Shown in pieces: positions 28,483-38,849 of a DNA stretch of 64,000 nucleotides. Each line of letters starts with the position of its first letter. The first letter of the stretch is position 1. This DNA comes from a bacterium. GTDB taxonomy: Bacteria > Patescibacteriota > Minisyncoccia > Phycocordibacterales > UBA2100. The stretch is from NCBI GenBank assembly GCA_009924895.1, contig RFQR01000004.1:16328-80327 (forward strand), given 5' to 3'. The position numbers and the translations under genes are program-made. A model generated the notes under the pieces. That model was not told the origin of the DNA, did no database searches, and saw only the letters and a program-made list of their open reading frames with translations.

Positions 28483-29355
28483 ATGGTTCGTATAGCCGAA
28501 ATGTCTTCTGTTGTTACTCCTGCATCCTTCAGTGTATCTAAGATCAGTTTCTCCGCCGTGAAGTCTTTAGAGTCGGGTGGTAAACAAGCGTATTTGAACT
28601 ACAACAGTCAACCTCTCGTTTTGCAGGTAGGGCCTCTTCAGACTCCATTTGGCATGTCTGTCTTTGATAAGGGTGGTCCTCCCAAGTATTCTGTGGACGT
28701 GAATCTCCGCGGATATGATGACCCTGCAAACAACCCTACAACTGCAGCACTCTACAATCTCTTACAAAGTCTCGACGATTTCATGTTGGACCAGGGTGTC
28801 AAGAATGCAACTTCTTGGTTTAAGGGCGTCAAGAGTCGTGAGGTCCTTTCGGAGCTCTATACTCCTACTGTAAAGTTTGCCAAGGATCAGGCGGGGAATG
28901 TGAAGCCCTACCCCCCTACAATCAAGCTGCAGTTGCGTCAGCGAAATGGCAAGTTTGAGACAAATGTATATGATGACCAGAAGCGCCCTTTGACGGATGT
29001 CCCCTTGGAGGACGTGTTAGTGAAGGGAACGATTCTGACAGCCCTCATTCAGTGCACGGGTGTTTGGTTCGCAGGTGGTAAGTTTGGTATTAGTTGGAAG
29101 GCGATTCAGATTCGCGCAGATAAGGTCCCTCAGAGACTTTCAAACTATGCATTCGTGGATGAGGATAAGGAGGACTCTGATACAAAGGCGTCGTTTGCAA
29201 ACCTTCACGAAGAGGAGGAGGATGACGAGGTGCTGGATTCAAAGGTAGTCCCCCCACCGGTGGAGGACGATGAGGAGGCTCCTGTTCCAGTCCCCCCAAA
29301 GAGTCTGAAGATGACCGCAAAGAAGGTGGTGAAGACTCTCCCTCTCAAGAAGTAA
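28483..29355 (+). CDS. Hypothetical protein with acidic C-terminal tail (290 aa); possible DNA-binding protein
   Basis: Two-part beta-rich core (…GVWFAGGKFGISWKAIQIRA), then EEEDDEVLD...EDDEEAPVPVPP. Any PC4-like assignment is speculative. Confidence 0.55.
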   Translation: MVRIAEMSSVVTPASFSVSKISFSAVKSLESGGKQAYLNYNSQPLVLQVGPLQTPFGMSVFDKGGPPKYSVDVNLRGYDDPANNPTTAALYNLLQSLDDFMLDQGVKNATSWFKGVKSREVLSELYTPTVKFAKDQAGNVKPYPPTIKLQLRQRNGKFETNVYDDQKRPLTDVPLEDVLVKGTILTALIQCTGVWFAGGKFGISWKAIQIRADKVPQRLSNYAFVDEDKEDSDTKASFANLHEEEEDDEVLDSKVVPPPVEDDEEAPVPVPPKSLKMTAKKVVKTLPLKK

Positions 29356-29414
29356 GTCAAGGTGAGCGTGATCTGCCTACAGTGAAGCATTCCCATATTT
29401 TTTACAGTATTGCA

Positions 29415-29445
29415 CGATGATGTTTTTAACATAAACACATCATCG
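29415..29445. terminator. 9-bp perfect inverted repeat (cgatgatgt / acatcatcg, 13-nt loop) in convergent intergenic region
   Basis: Read directly. Lies between the stop of 28483..29355 (+) and downstream minus-strand genes. Confidence 0.4.
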
Positions 29446-29737
29446 TAAATAAAAATACAAACATTTAACGCCCACACCCACATGCGCCGGAAGTAGGACG
29501 ATTAAAAGAGATACCAGAGGCATCTTGGGCACAAATGCATCCACCCTGCCGGCGAGTGATCAAGATTTCTGCAGTCTGGAACGTGGGCTGTTCCTTCCGC
29601 ACAATATTGTAGTTGGAGGTTGCGGCAGTGGTAAGACTATTATTATAGCCGTATAAGACAGCAGCGCGTTTACGGAATGTAATGTAAGATGCATCAAATA
29701 TGGCAGTAGGCATGTTTCTCTGTAGGGGACTACGAGA

Positions 29738-30214
29738 TTATATAGGGAGAACCGGGTTACCAGGTTTATTCGGTAATCCGCAAGAACTCCCTTGAAGAAT
29801 AGGTTGTCCTGCATTAATATACAATGCGGGTATAGGCGGGCACGGGGCAGGAAAGTTTCTTGCATATTCTGAAAATCTTGCACCTGGGTTTGTCGCATCT
29901 ATAGACATATCAAGTGTTCGCTGTTGAAGTCGCGCAATGCGTATAGATTCTGGAACACAGCCCTCTAGACTTTGATATGTATTGAAACAATTCTTGACAG
30001 TCGCATTCAGCAGCATACTTGGCACTGGAACTTGCGGCCCCGCTTGTGAAACTCCACATAGAGCTCCACACGCTTTTCCTGAACCAAGGGCTCTCGCTTT
30101 TGCAAGTGCCTCAGCCGCCATACAGGCCCTTGTATTTGTAAGAAGATTTGCTATTCGCCCACCTTCTGTCATTGTTCTATCAATCGTTCCAGGGGATGTA
30201 GAACACCCTGACAT
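29738..30214 (-). CDS. Hypothetical Cys-rich protein (158 aa)
   Basis: Last gene of a tightly packed minus-strand array. A 2-nt spacer separates it from the upstream stop. Confidence 0.5.
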   Translation of the reverse strand: MSGCSTSPGTIDRTMTEGGRIANLLTNTRACMAAEALAKARALGSGKACGALCGVSQAGPQVPVPSMLLNATVKNCFNTYQSLEGCVPESIRIARLQQRTLDMSIDATNPGARFSEYARNFPAPCPPIPALYINAGQPILQGSSCGLPNKPGNPVLPI

Positions 30215-30216
30215 CT

Positions 30217-31533
30217 CTATCGGGTTGTCCTCTTTTTAGATTTTGTCCTTTTTTTCGACGGCCTTTTTTTCGACGGCCTCTTCTTCAATGTTTTCCCCTT
30301 CTCTTTGTTGATTCGTTCAAACTTTGCTTTTAAAAGGGATGCGTATCCGACTTGATGCCCTGTACATTTTAGACTGAAGGGAGAAAACTGTGAGTGTTTG
30401 GCCCTATAGTTTTTGTCTGACAATTCTATGAAGTTTTTTACTTGGCATATGATACGTTCGCCTAAATAGTCCGGACTACTATTTGTAAAAATATGGATAC
30501 TTAAATATAATGTAATCAAAAACTCAAGACTCGCAACTCGAATAGAGCCTTTGTCGGGAAGTGGAATACTTCTATACGAATGGCATGCGGTTTCTTGTAT
30601 GAACATACATATAGGTATATCACGCCTTCGAAGTTCAATCCGTAAAGGGACTATCTCTCCACGCTCTTTGTGGAGAAAGACTTCTATCGAATCATCTTTT
30701 AACATATCACGTATCTCTATTATATCCTCTTTCGGTTCAGGGCTTACAAAAAGAATGGGATATGTTCCATGACTGTTAAACACGGCATTTTGATGTGTGA
30801 TCCCCTTCTTATAGATACTTGCAAGGGGGCCATTACATAAGATTCGCTTATGTTTAATACCATACTCTAATATTTTTTTTCGTATATCCATGGGAACATA
30901 TGCTTCATATTGATTCTTAGTTGTGCGACACGCTGCACGAATAGGAAGTTCTGTATTTATCAACTTTAGACGGTCAAATACTTTTTCCCATCGCGATATC
31001 ATTCCATGGGGGCGGCTAAGTTCTAAATACATCATCATACGTAAGATATCAGGGTCTGTATAATGAACGTCATTTTTTACAATAGAACGCCTGTATATGA
31101 TTGTGAATAGTTCTGGTTCAATAAAAGAAATATCTGCAACTGCTATAAAGTTCACTAAAATCTTTTTTGTCCCTGCATGCATACCGACTTTATTATGCAC
31201 ATCTGTAAACCCCGCATGCTTCAAATCGTCTACAAGATGTTTTACATCTTCCTCGACATCGGGTGTATAAAAATCATAGTCGGGGAGATCCACGTCGGGA
31301 TTATAAAACTGTTTGGATACAGGAAGAAGTTCATTCATGGCGGTTCCACCATAACATACGCGCTTTTTCCGTTTTATGAAATCACGCACAATGGAAAGGG
31401 CTTGAATCAGCGATGTATCATGCGCAGACTCATATTTCATACGATACTCGCCTTTTTCTATTGCCTTTTTTAAGCGTTGGTTGACGATTGCTGTTTTGTG
31501 CGAAGATGTATGTGTATTAATATCTTCCTCCAT
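30217..31533 (-). CDS. Hypothetical protein with possible pol-beta-type nucleotidyltransferase motif and poly-basic C-tail
   Basis: VCYGGTAMNELLP...DVDLPDYDFY loosely fits G[GS]x...DxD. C-tail KKRPSKKRPSKKRTKSKKRTTR. The functional call is weak. Confidence 0.55.
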   Translation of the reverse strand: MEEDINTHTSSHKTAIVNQRLKKAIEKGEYRMKYESAHDTSLIQALSIVRDFIKRKKRVCYGGTAMNELLPVSKQFYNPDVDLPDYDFYTPDVEEDVKHLVDDLKHAGFTDVHNKVGMHAGTKKILVNFIAVADISFIEPELFTIIYRRSIVKNDVHYTDPDILRMMMYLELSRPHGMISRWEKVFDRLKLINTELPIRAACRTTKNQYEAYVPMDIRKKILEYGIKHKRILCNGPLASIYKKGITHQNAVFNSHGTYPILFVSPEPKEDIIEIRDMLKDDSIEVFLHKERGEIVPLRIELRRRDIPICMFIQETACHSYRSIPLPDKGSIRVASLEFLITLYLSIHIFTNSSPDYLGERIICQVKNFIELSDKNYRAKHSQFSPFSLKCTGHQVGYASLLKAKFERINKEKGKTLKKRPSKKRPSKKRTKSKKRTTR

Positions 31534-31542
31534 TCCTACTCT

Positions 31543-33450
31543 TTAGCTACTATTTCTTAAAAAGGCGGCTTTGGAACGAAATGGCATTCCATTATATTCT
31601 GCAATAAGTGATTTTGTTTCTTCAATATCGTGACTGAAAATATCAAGGGGGATCATATGTATACCGAGCTTATTGAGAGCCGTATCAAGGACGGTGGTAG
31701 TAGGATTGGATGCCTGAGAGGGCATTGCAATAATAAACGCCCTTTTTGCAGTTATAGCAAAATCGTCCATTTGCTTTTCAGTCATGGAAGACACGTTTGC
31801 TAGATTCATTATAACCGCCTGTGGGGTGACTCCTGGGGCGGGAGCTTGTGTGATGCCGATTGTATCTTTTGGATCTCCCAAGTAGACGCGCATGTTAACC
31901 CAGTAATCGAGATCATCTGCTGGATCTATACGCGTCCCTTTCCGAAACACACTTGTATCTGCATTACAAAGAATAATGACTTGTCCCTCAAACGCCTTGA
32001 GAGGTGTGCTGACTAGGACGGATTCTTGTTTCTGCCTGTGAAAGATGCCGAGGGGGGACATGCCGAGATGTTGAGGAGCGAGTGGTTTTAATCCAGTTGC
32101 GATTCGACTAAGAAACTCCTTATATTCATCTGGTTCGCGAAGAATACTGGGGGCGCGACGAATGTGTAAATATAGTATGAGAGGGGCGGCATGATTCGGG
32201 GATTCGGGTCGGAATGCAAGATTTGCAAGTGTCTCTGCTACTTTAGATATATCTGCGGAGTTTTTACTTACAAGGGCGCCATCATCTGCACGATATAAGA
32301 GACAAGGAATACCAGGGGGTGCAAACTTATTATTCAATGTTTTATCAAGGTAATCAATTTGAAATACAAAGCTTCGAATACCTGCTAAAAGTGCTTGGGC
32401 GGTTGCATCCTCTGCATCAAACGTGCCTTCGGGTTGTGGACCCAAATATCCGATTTGTTTAATCGTTTGTGGTTGTATATCTAGCATAGAAAGTGTAGAT
32501 GGATCCACTTGTTTAGCCTTGGCCATATCTGTAAAAAACTCTTTTTGCAGCTTTGAAAAACTAGATAGAATCGCCATTCTATCATTTAATACTGTGAGTT
32601 GATTTGATACACTTTTTGCTTTTTTATTTGCGTCTGCAAGTGTCCACGCTGTAAATCCACTGGTAAAATAAAAAATGATAAGAAAGATGAATGTAACAAG
32701 GAGTGTCCACGACCATGCAGAAGCATCCCATTGTCGTAGGCGTGTTATAAAATTTCCAATGGCTACAGGAATATTAACATAAAAATTATATACAGATGTT
32801 TTTAAACTCGAAAACATACTGCTCAAGGAGTATGTTGATTTAGTCGTAGTTGCAAACTGTTGGTCCAATGCAGCTAACTTGCCTGCGGTTGTGGTAGAAA
32901 GCCCTGTAACTTGTTTCACGGTTCCTGCTAATGTGGCTTTTCCTGCTTGCTCTATTTTATTCACTAAACCTGCGGCGGCAGTATCTGCTATCGACCCTTT
33001 TGTAAAACCAAGCGCACTCGTTTGAGGGAGTTGAATCCCTTTAGCCGTTGTTGCAGCTTTCTGCGCAGCCGTTGTTACCCCCTTAGCAGCCGTGTGCGCA
33101 GCCGTCTGCGCAGCCGTTGTTACCCCCTTAGTAGCCGTGTGCGCAGCCGTTGTTACCCCCTTAGTAGCCGTGTGCGCAGCCGTTGTTACCCCTTTAGCAG
33201 CCTTATGTGTAGCCGTTGTTACCCCTTTAGCAGCCTTGTGTGTAGCCGTTGTTACCCCCTTAGCAGCCGTCTGCGCAGTGGTTGTTACCCCCGTTTTAAC
33301 AGCATGTAGAGTCTTTGCAGCGGCTTTAGGAACTCCTTTGACTTTAGCAATAGCAGATTTTGCAGACGCTGAAACGGCCGGTTTTTTAAGCCCCTTCACC
33401 TTTAAACTAGAAAAAGGGTTTTTTATTGTTTTTGCGCCCCCCTCGCTCAT
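31543..33450 (-). CDS. Membrane protein with N-terminal 11-aa tandem repeats (KGVTTAxHxAA, about 8 copies), one TM helix and a large C-terminal domain
   Basis: Repeats are encoded by ~33-nt DNA tandem repeats at about 33040-33300. TM WSWTLLVTFIFLIIFYFTSGFTAW. Confidence 0.7.
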   Translation of the reverse strand: MSEGGAKTIKNPFSSLKVKGLKKPAVSASAKSAIAKVKGVPKAAAKTLHAVKTGVTTTAQTAAKGVTTATHKAAKGVTTATHKAAKGVTTAAHTATKGVTTAAHTATKGVTTAAQTAAHTAAKGVTTAAQKAATTAKGIQLPQTSALGFTKGSIADTAAAGLVNKIEQAGKATLAGTVKQVTGLSTTTAGKLAALDQQFATTTKSTYSLSSMFSSLKTSVYNFYVNIPVAIGNFITRLRQWDASAWSWTLLVTFIFLIIFYFTSGFTAWTLADANKKAKSVSNQLTVLNDRMAILSSFSKLQKEFFTDMAKAKQVDPSTLSMLDIQPQTIKQIGYLGPQPEGTFDAEDATAQALLAGIRSFVFQIDYLDKTLNNKFAPPGIPCLLYRADDGALVSKNSADISKVAETLANLAFRPESPNHAAPLILYLHIRRAPSILREPDEYKEFLSRIATGLKPLAPQHLGMSPLGIFHRQKQESVLVSTPLKAFEGQVIILCNADTSVFRKGTRIDPADDLDYWVNMRVYLGDPKDTIGITQAPAPGVTPQAVIMNLANVSSMTEKQMDDFAITAKRAFIIAMPSQASNPTTTVLDTALNKLGIHMIPLDIFSHDIEETKSLIAEYNGMPFRSKAAFLRNSS

Positions 33451-35238
33451 CTATTGTGATGTAATATATTGTGCAAGAAACTGATTGCGTGATAGAATCT
33501 TTACACCCTTTGCTTTCGCCGTTTTCATCTTTTCAGTTTCCTGTATAGGACCCTCGGGAATAAGAAGTATGGTAACTTTTCCAGAAAGGGCAGATACTAC
33601 TGTATGGCCTTTTTCCTCTATCATTGCTTCCAGCTCTTTATCGCGAAATCCTGATAAGCAAACTGTTTGCATGTTTGCAGAAACGGGCTTTCCAACAGAA
33701 ACAGGGATCGGATATGGAATATAGCTCACTTCTTTCTCACGCCATGCTGCATATGTAGGAAATGTCTGTAGAAATTTCTGAAAACTTTCCGTAGTCCAAC
33801 CTTCGGGAGGAGATATGTCTCGCCATCTACGAGGATCTGCTTCCACTGCAAAGAGACTTGCTAACTTTATTGTTCCTACTCCTCGTGGCATCATCGACGA
33901 AGCCTGCATGAGTGTAGATTCCGAAACGTTTGAAAGAGATGTTCGTAGATTTGTATATAAGTTCGCGCCTGTTTTGGGCCCTAGAATCTTCGATAGAGTG
34001 TCTTTGGATGCGCCCCATACAAGTGCCGGCCCTGTTATACTCGCAGCTACCAATGCCTCCGCAGTTGCCGGTCCTGCTCCGGGAATCTCCAGCGTTTTCA
34101 GGAAATGATACAGTTTTGCAGTAATTGTTTCTGTCGTTGTGCCTACAACTGTAATATGCGCCTCCCCGTCCCAGACCCATGTTCCTTTGGGCGGAAAGCT
34201 CGCCTCTGCAGCCCCTACAAGAACCCTATCGAGTTTTGGAATCACATCCCCACTTCTACGAATAACCACTTTTGCACCAGGTCCTAAACTATATTGGAGA
34301 ACCGTTCGCGCATTATGAGCTGTGCAGTATTCAATTGTGGCAGAACCAATCACGACCGGGTCAAACCGTAAACGGGGAATCATATAGCCTTGGGCAGAGG
34401 GGGCCCATAGCACTTCTTGAACCGTCGTTTCGGCAGATTGATCTGCAAGGGACATTTTGAATGCTACACAGTCTTTTGGGTTTCGCGCCCGTGTGCTTGT
34501 AGATTCGGACACAGGAACTTGATTCAATCCTACAACAAGTCCATCCGTGTCATAGTCACTCACATTACGCCTCTCTAGTAGCTTTTCTGCTAAGCTTGTT
34601 TCTGTAAGTATACCTGCAGTCACATACCAGGGAACTTCATATTTACGCTCTTTTAACCATTGAAATTGTTCATTGCGTGTCATATATGAATTCATAACTT
34701 CATATGCCACGAAATGTATTTTAGATATATTTTCCTGCCTGGGTGTTTTTTGATGCACTTGTCCATTTACCCAACTACGACTTAGAATTTGACCTTCAGA
34801 CCGCGGAAGTATCAGCTCTCCACGAACTACATCCGTTCCCCGTATAAGACCTTGTATACCGAGACGCACAAGATGTGATATCTCTTGGCCCAGAATACCA
34901 TCCCCACGGAGATATAGTGTGTTCTGTGTAGGATTCCAAAGAGCCGAGAGTCCATCCAGTTTTTCACTCACAACATAGTTTTGATTCTTTGCAAGAAAGC
35001 GTTGTAAAGAATCTTCACCAGGTTTTACCTTATCAAGGGAGGGCATGGGATACGGAAGCTCTACCGCGCCTGGAGGAGGCGCGCCAATCTTTTTTAAATA
35101 CGAATTCTCTGGATCTAGAGCTGTAAGACGTTCCACGAGACTATCATACGCCTCGTCGTCCATCTTTAAAGTTCCACCATTATAATATGCATCCGATGCC
35201 TCTTGTAGCAGCTTTACAATACCTGCTACAGTAGTCAT
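33451..35238 (-). CDS. NAD+-dependent DNA ligase (LigA-type) with C-terminal BRCT domain
   Basis: Adenylation motif SEKLDGLSALW (KxDG). Ia-like N-terminus. OB and HhH regions. C-terminal BRCT VCLSGFRDKELEAMIEEKGHTV. Confidence 0.9.
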   Translation of the reverse strand: MTTVAGIVKLLQEASDAYYNGGTLKMDDEAYDSLVERLTALDPENSYLKKIGAPPPGAVELPYPMPSLDKVKPGEDSLQRFLAKNQNYVVSEKLDGLSALWNPTQNTLYLRGDGILGQEISHLVRLGIQGLIRGTDVVRGELILPRSEGQILSRSWVNGQVHQKTPRQENISKIHFVAYEVMNSYMTRNEQFQWLKERKYEVPWYVTAGILTETSLAEKLLERRNVSDYDTDGLVVGLNQVPVSESTSTRARNPKDCVAFKMSLADQSAETTVQEVLWAPSAQGYMIPRLRFDPVVIGSATIEYCTAHNARTVLQYSLGPGAKVVIRRSGDVIPKLDRVLVGAAEASFPPKGTWVWDGEAHITVVGTTTETITAKLYHFLKTLEIPGAGPATAEALVAASITGPALVWGASKDTLSKILGPKTGANLYTNLRTSLSNVSESTLMQASSMMPRGVGTIKLASLFAVEADPRRWRDISPPEGWTTESFQKFLQTFPTYAAWREKEVSYIPYPIPVSVGKPVSANMQTVCLSGFRDKELEAMIEEKGHTVVSALSGKVTILLIPEGPIQETEKMKTAKAKGVKILSRNQFLAQYITSQ

Positions 35239-35275
35239 ATGTGTATGTGTATATTACAAATATATGTATCCAATT

Positions 35276-38200
35276 TTATTTAGTTCGTGTATTCGTTTGT
35301 GAGCGTGATACAGTAACACTTCTACTGCGAGATAGACTCATTGTAAATGACGGTTTCGCTGTAATGAGTGTTCGAGAAGGAGTTATAGTGGTTGTTATGG
35401 ATCTTGATTGTGTTGGTAGGACTGTTATGAGTGTGCGAGAAGGAGTTATAGTGGTTGTAAGGGAGCGTGTTCTTGTTACACTTACAGACAGCGTAACAGT
35501 GGGTCGCACTGTTATGAGTGTGCGAGAAGGAGTTATAGTGGTTGTAAGGGAGCGTGTTCGCGTAAGACTGATAGTACGGGAGAGTGTTCCTGTCACACAG
35601 GCTGTAGGTGTTACCAATAAGGATGCAGGAATCGTTCTAAGAGGTGTAAAGCTGCGCGATTGCGTGATAGAGCGCGATGGCGTGCCTGTGACGCAACGCG
35701 TCAGTGTTCTCGCGAAAGATGTTGGGAAAGCGGATGAGCTTCGTGTAATACTGATTGTAATACTGCGTGTAGGACTTATCGTCGTTGTTTGTGATACAGA
35801 TTGTGTGACGGTTCGTGTAATACTTACAGACTTTGTAGGAGTTACTCTAGCCGTAATAAGAGTTCGACTAGGAGTGATTGTCGTTGTAAGGGAACGTGTG
35901 CGTGTGATGCTTATAGAGAGCGATGGAGTGCCTGTGCCTGTTCGCAACATGGTTGTCGGTAGATTCGTTTGTGTAAGACTGATTGTGCCAGTCCGTGTGA
36001 CGGTATGACTTGTGCATCGGGAGACTGTAACAGAAACAGTAGAACTCTGTGAGAGCGTCATAGATTGAGAAATGGTGTTCGTAGATGTGAATGGATTGCT
36101 TTTTGATACAGTTTGTATATTGGAAAGAGTCCATGCGACACTGGGAGTTATTGTAGAAAAAGCGGAGTTGGAGATAGTTGATGCGGGACTTGCAGTCCAT
36201 GGAGAACTTGTGAGGGAACTATACAAAGTATTTGATGCGGTTTGAGAGGAACTCCCTATATTGCTGAGGCTGATACTTCCTAGATTTGTCGCAGTTCCAT
36301 CTATAGAACCGGATGGGGAAGCAGAACTGGTGGCTGTCGCGGTAGCAGTAGAAGAACTGGTTGCTGTCGCAGAACTGGTGGCTGTCGCGGTAGCAGTAGA
36401 AGAACTGGTTGCTGTCGCAGAACTGGTGGCTGTCGCAGAACTACTTGAAGTCGCAGAACTCGTGGCAGTGGCAGAACTCGTGGCAGTCGCAGAACTCGTG
36501 GCAGTCCCCGTGGCCGTCGCAGAACTCGTGGCAGTCCCCGTGGCCGTTGCAGAACTTGTAGCAGTCCCCGTGGCCGTCGCAGAACTCGTGGCAGTCCCCG
36601 TGGCCGTCGCAGAACTCGTGGCAGAACTTGCCGCTGTGCCTGTTTGTGTCACGGTTGGTGACACAGTTTGTGTAGATGTTGTCGAACTAGAAGAACTGAA
36701 TACATCTGAGAATGTATTGGGAGTAGCAGATCCACTCCATGTTCTTAGAGTAAGAGATGGAATCGCGGAGTCTGTTCGTATAGGGCTAGATGTTTGACTC
36801 GTGTCTACAGAAGCTGTGCCGGCCGTCGCGCTGCCATCCGGACTCGTCGAGACAGTCGTTGCCATAGATACAGACACACTTGCGGAACTACTGGACCACT
36901 CGGACGACGATATGCTCGGAGTTCGTGTAAAGCCCCCCGTATTCGTGAGAGTTAGACTTGTAGAGCCACTGAGACTTGACACGGAGGATTGTGATACGGT
37001 GCTAGAAGAAGACTGACTCACACTTTTCGATACTGCAGCCGATTTAGAACTGGAACGAAGCCCACTTAGCGTTTTGGAGACGATTGCTGAAGCAGATATG
37101 CTACGCACTCCTGAGCGGCTTTTGGACAAGAGAGGTGATACCGTTCCAGATAGAGAAGTAGTAGGCGTCCTGGAAACGGAATCACTCGGCGTGGAGGAAC
37201 GGCTTGCAGAACTCGTAAGGGACGCAGATACAGAGCTACTGGAAGAATCACTCATACTTCCATGGGACACAGAGGCTGCGGCGGAAAGGGAGATAGTTGG
37301 TTCTGTAGATGCCGATAGGGACGCATATGGAGAACCAGAGGAACTGAGAGTGCTGCCGGAAGATGATGCATCGGGGCTAACAGTAGGTCGCTCCGTCCCA
37401 GATCTACTCCCCGTGGTTGTTCCTGTTTGCGTGAGAGTCTGTGTGACAGTGAGTAAGAGAGTTCGTGTAGAACTTGCTGTGATAGGAGGTGTAGGACTTT
37501 GCGCAACAGATGCGCTTACGCTTATGCGAGGGCTTTGACTCACCGAGCTAGATATTCGCGTAGAAAGTGTCGGAAGTATTGTTTTTGATACAGTGGCTGT
37601 ATTCACAATAGAAGCACTCGCCAGCCCTGTGCCGCTCATTGTGGTAGAAGAACTATGCGATTTACTGGATGTCTGAGACGCAGTATATGTCCCACTTCCT
37701 GTAGAAGTTTTTGTAGAGCTGGGTGAGCTACTTATAGATGTGGTGGTTGTTGGCGTTTTGGAGGAGGAAGTAGAGTTTGTAGGAAGGGGTGTAGTGGTAG
37801 AGCTTGCAGTATACGAGACGGAATCGGTTCCGGTAGGACTGGGACGAGGCAGTTTGGATAGACTCGCGGAAGGGGATCCTGTCGGTGGAGGTCGTCGGGA
37901 CATGCTTGCGCAGGCAGAGGCACTTGCGGAACGAGACGCACGAGCGCTGAGCGTGGCAGTGGTACAACCAGTATTTGTTTGCGAACCTGCTGTAGTCCCA
38001 GATACAGTGGCAGAATCTTTCAGACTTTTTGTAAATACCTGGCAGCGTGTAGGTGATACGGATACTTTAGATGTTTTGGAGGGTGGGTCCGAGCGTGTAT
38101 GACTCGCGGTAAACTGGAATGAGTTTGTTAGAGCCGTGGTTGTGCTGCCGGTGCTAGAGAATCGTGTGCTACGGGACAAGGTTCCAGAGGCGGTTTGTGT

Positions 38201-38797
38201 TTTTGTCAAAGGGAGTGACGTAGTAGCTTTTGCACTAGCTGTTCCCGTTTTGGTGGATGTGAGACTACTTGTAGATGTAGGGGAAAGTAGCAGGGAACTT
38301 GATGCGAGAGGGGATTTAGAAAGAGTGGCCGATGCGGTAGAAGTTCTGGAGGCGCGTAGGGATGCAGAGACCGTGGGGCTGGCAGAGGAACTTCGCGAGG
38401 GCCTTGTGCTAACAGTTCCTGTAGGACTTGCGGATGTCGTTTTGGAACTCGACACAGATGATGTGAGGGTAGGAGTTGGAAATCGGCTGTATGTCAAAAG
38501 GCTCGTGGAAGTTTCTGTTTTGCTGGGAGCACGCGATACTGTCGCCGCAGAACTTGCACTAGCCGTTTTTGTTGGCGCAAGGCTCCATGTAAAGGGCATG
38601 GTAGGCCTCATAGATTTCGTAGACGTTGTGCTAGGACTCACAAGCGATGTTGGAAAAGAGGTTCGCGTGCTTGTTGTCGTTTTTGTAGAGGTTTTGGATG
38701 CCGTTGTTGTGTAGCTTTGTATTGCCGCGCTATCAAGTAGCAGCCGGTCTGTTTGACCCTGTGTGGCCCAAAGTGCGAATAGCAGGAGCCAACGCAT
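35276..38797 (-). CDS. Mucin-like Ser/Thr-rich secreted protein (1173 aa) with several internal tandem repeat families
   Basis: Signal peptide MRWLLLFALWATQG. More than 60% S/T. Repeat blocks SSATATGTAT x n and TRSLTTTITPSRTLITV x n. Confidence 0.75.
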   Translation of the reverse strand: MRWLLLFALWATQGQTDRLLLDSAAIQSYTTTASKTSTKTTTSTRTSFPTSLVSPSTTSTKSMRPTMPFTWSLAPTKTASASSAATVSRAPSKTETSTSLLTYSRFPTPTLTSSVSSSKTTSASPTGTVSTRPSRSSSASPTVSASLRASRTSTASATLSKSPLASSSLLLSPTSTSSLTSTKTGTASAKATTSLPLTKTQTASGTLSRSTRFSSTGSTTTALTNSFQFTASHTRSDPPSKTSKVSVSPTRCQVFTKSLKDSATVSGTTAGSQTNTGCTTATLSARASRSASASACASMSRRPPPTGSPSASLSKLPRPSPTGTDSVSYTASSTTTPLPTNSTSSSKTPTTTTSISSSPSSTKTSTGSGTYTASQTSSKSHSSSTTMSGTGLASASIVNTATVSKTILPTLSTRISSSVSQSPRISVSASVAQSPTPPITASSTRTLLLTVTQTLTQTGTTTGSRSGTERPTVSPDASSSGSTLSSSGSPYASLSASTEPTISLSAAASVSHGSMSDSSSSSVSASLTSSASRSSTPSDSVSRTPTTSLSGTVSPLLSKSRSGVRSISASAIVSKTLSGLRSSSKSAAVSKSVSQSSSSTVSQSSVSSLSGSTSLTLTNTGGFTRTPSISSSEWSSSSASVSVSMATTVSTSPDGSATAGTASVDTSQTSSPIRTDSAIPSLTLRTWSGSATPNTFSDVFSSSSSTTSTQTVSPTVTQTGTAASSATSSATATGTATSSATATGTATSSATATGTATSSATATGTATSSATATSSATATSSATSSSSATATSSATATSSSTATATATSSATATSSSTATATATSSASPSGSIDGTATNLGSISLSNIGSSSQTASNTLYSSLTSSPWTASPASTISNSAFSTITPSVAWTLSNIQTVSKSNPFTSTNTISQSMTLSQSSTVSVTVSRCTSHTVTRTGTISLTQTNLPTTMLRTGTGTPSLSISITRTRSLTTTITPSRTLITARVTPTKSVSITRTVTQSVSQTTTISPTRSITISITRSSSAFPTSFARTLTRCVTGTPSRSITQSRSFTPLRTIPASLLVTPTACVTGTLSRTISLTRTRSLTTTITPSRTLITVRPTVTLSVSVTRTRSLTTTITPSRTLITVLPTQSRSITTTITPSRTLITAKPSFTMSLSRSRSVTVSRSQTNTRTK

Positions 38798-38849
38798 ATC
38801 TATTAAAGATATATATGCGATGGCTTAAGTGTTTCATGATATCATATTC

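Noticed and set aside
33040-33300. Possible CRISPR array (regular ~33-nt direct repeats); also 36280..36650
   Set aside because: The repeats are contiguous and in frame, with no unique spacers between them. They encode peptide repeats inside long ORFs. No cas genes are present. These are coding tandem repeats.
33022-33484. Two + strand ORFs (95 and 130 aa) rich in CAAVVTPL / RCYPLSSRVRS repeats
   Set aside because: Antisense reading of the 33-nt coding repeats of the 31543..33450 membrane protein.
35241-36008. 255-aa + strand ORF with VMSVREGVIVVV repeats
   Set aside because: Shadow of the C-terminal TRSLTTTITPSRTLITV repeats of the minus-strand mucin-like gene.
36261-38714. Plus-strand ORFs (178, 71, 154, 120 and 192 aa; V/A/E/L-rich, e.g. 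VAVAELVAV repeats) opposite the mucin-like gene
   Set aside because: They are antisense shadows of the Ser/Thr-codon tandem repeats (AGC/ACT/GCC read backwards). Composition and periodicity mirror the minus-strand gene exactly.
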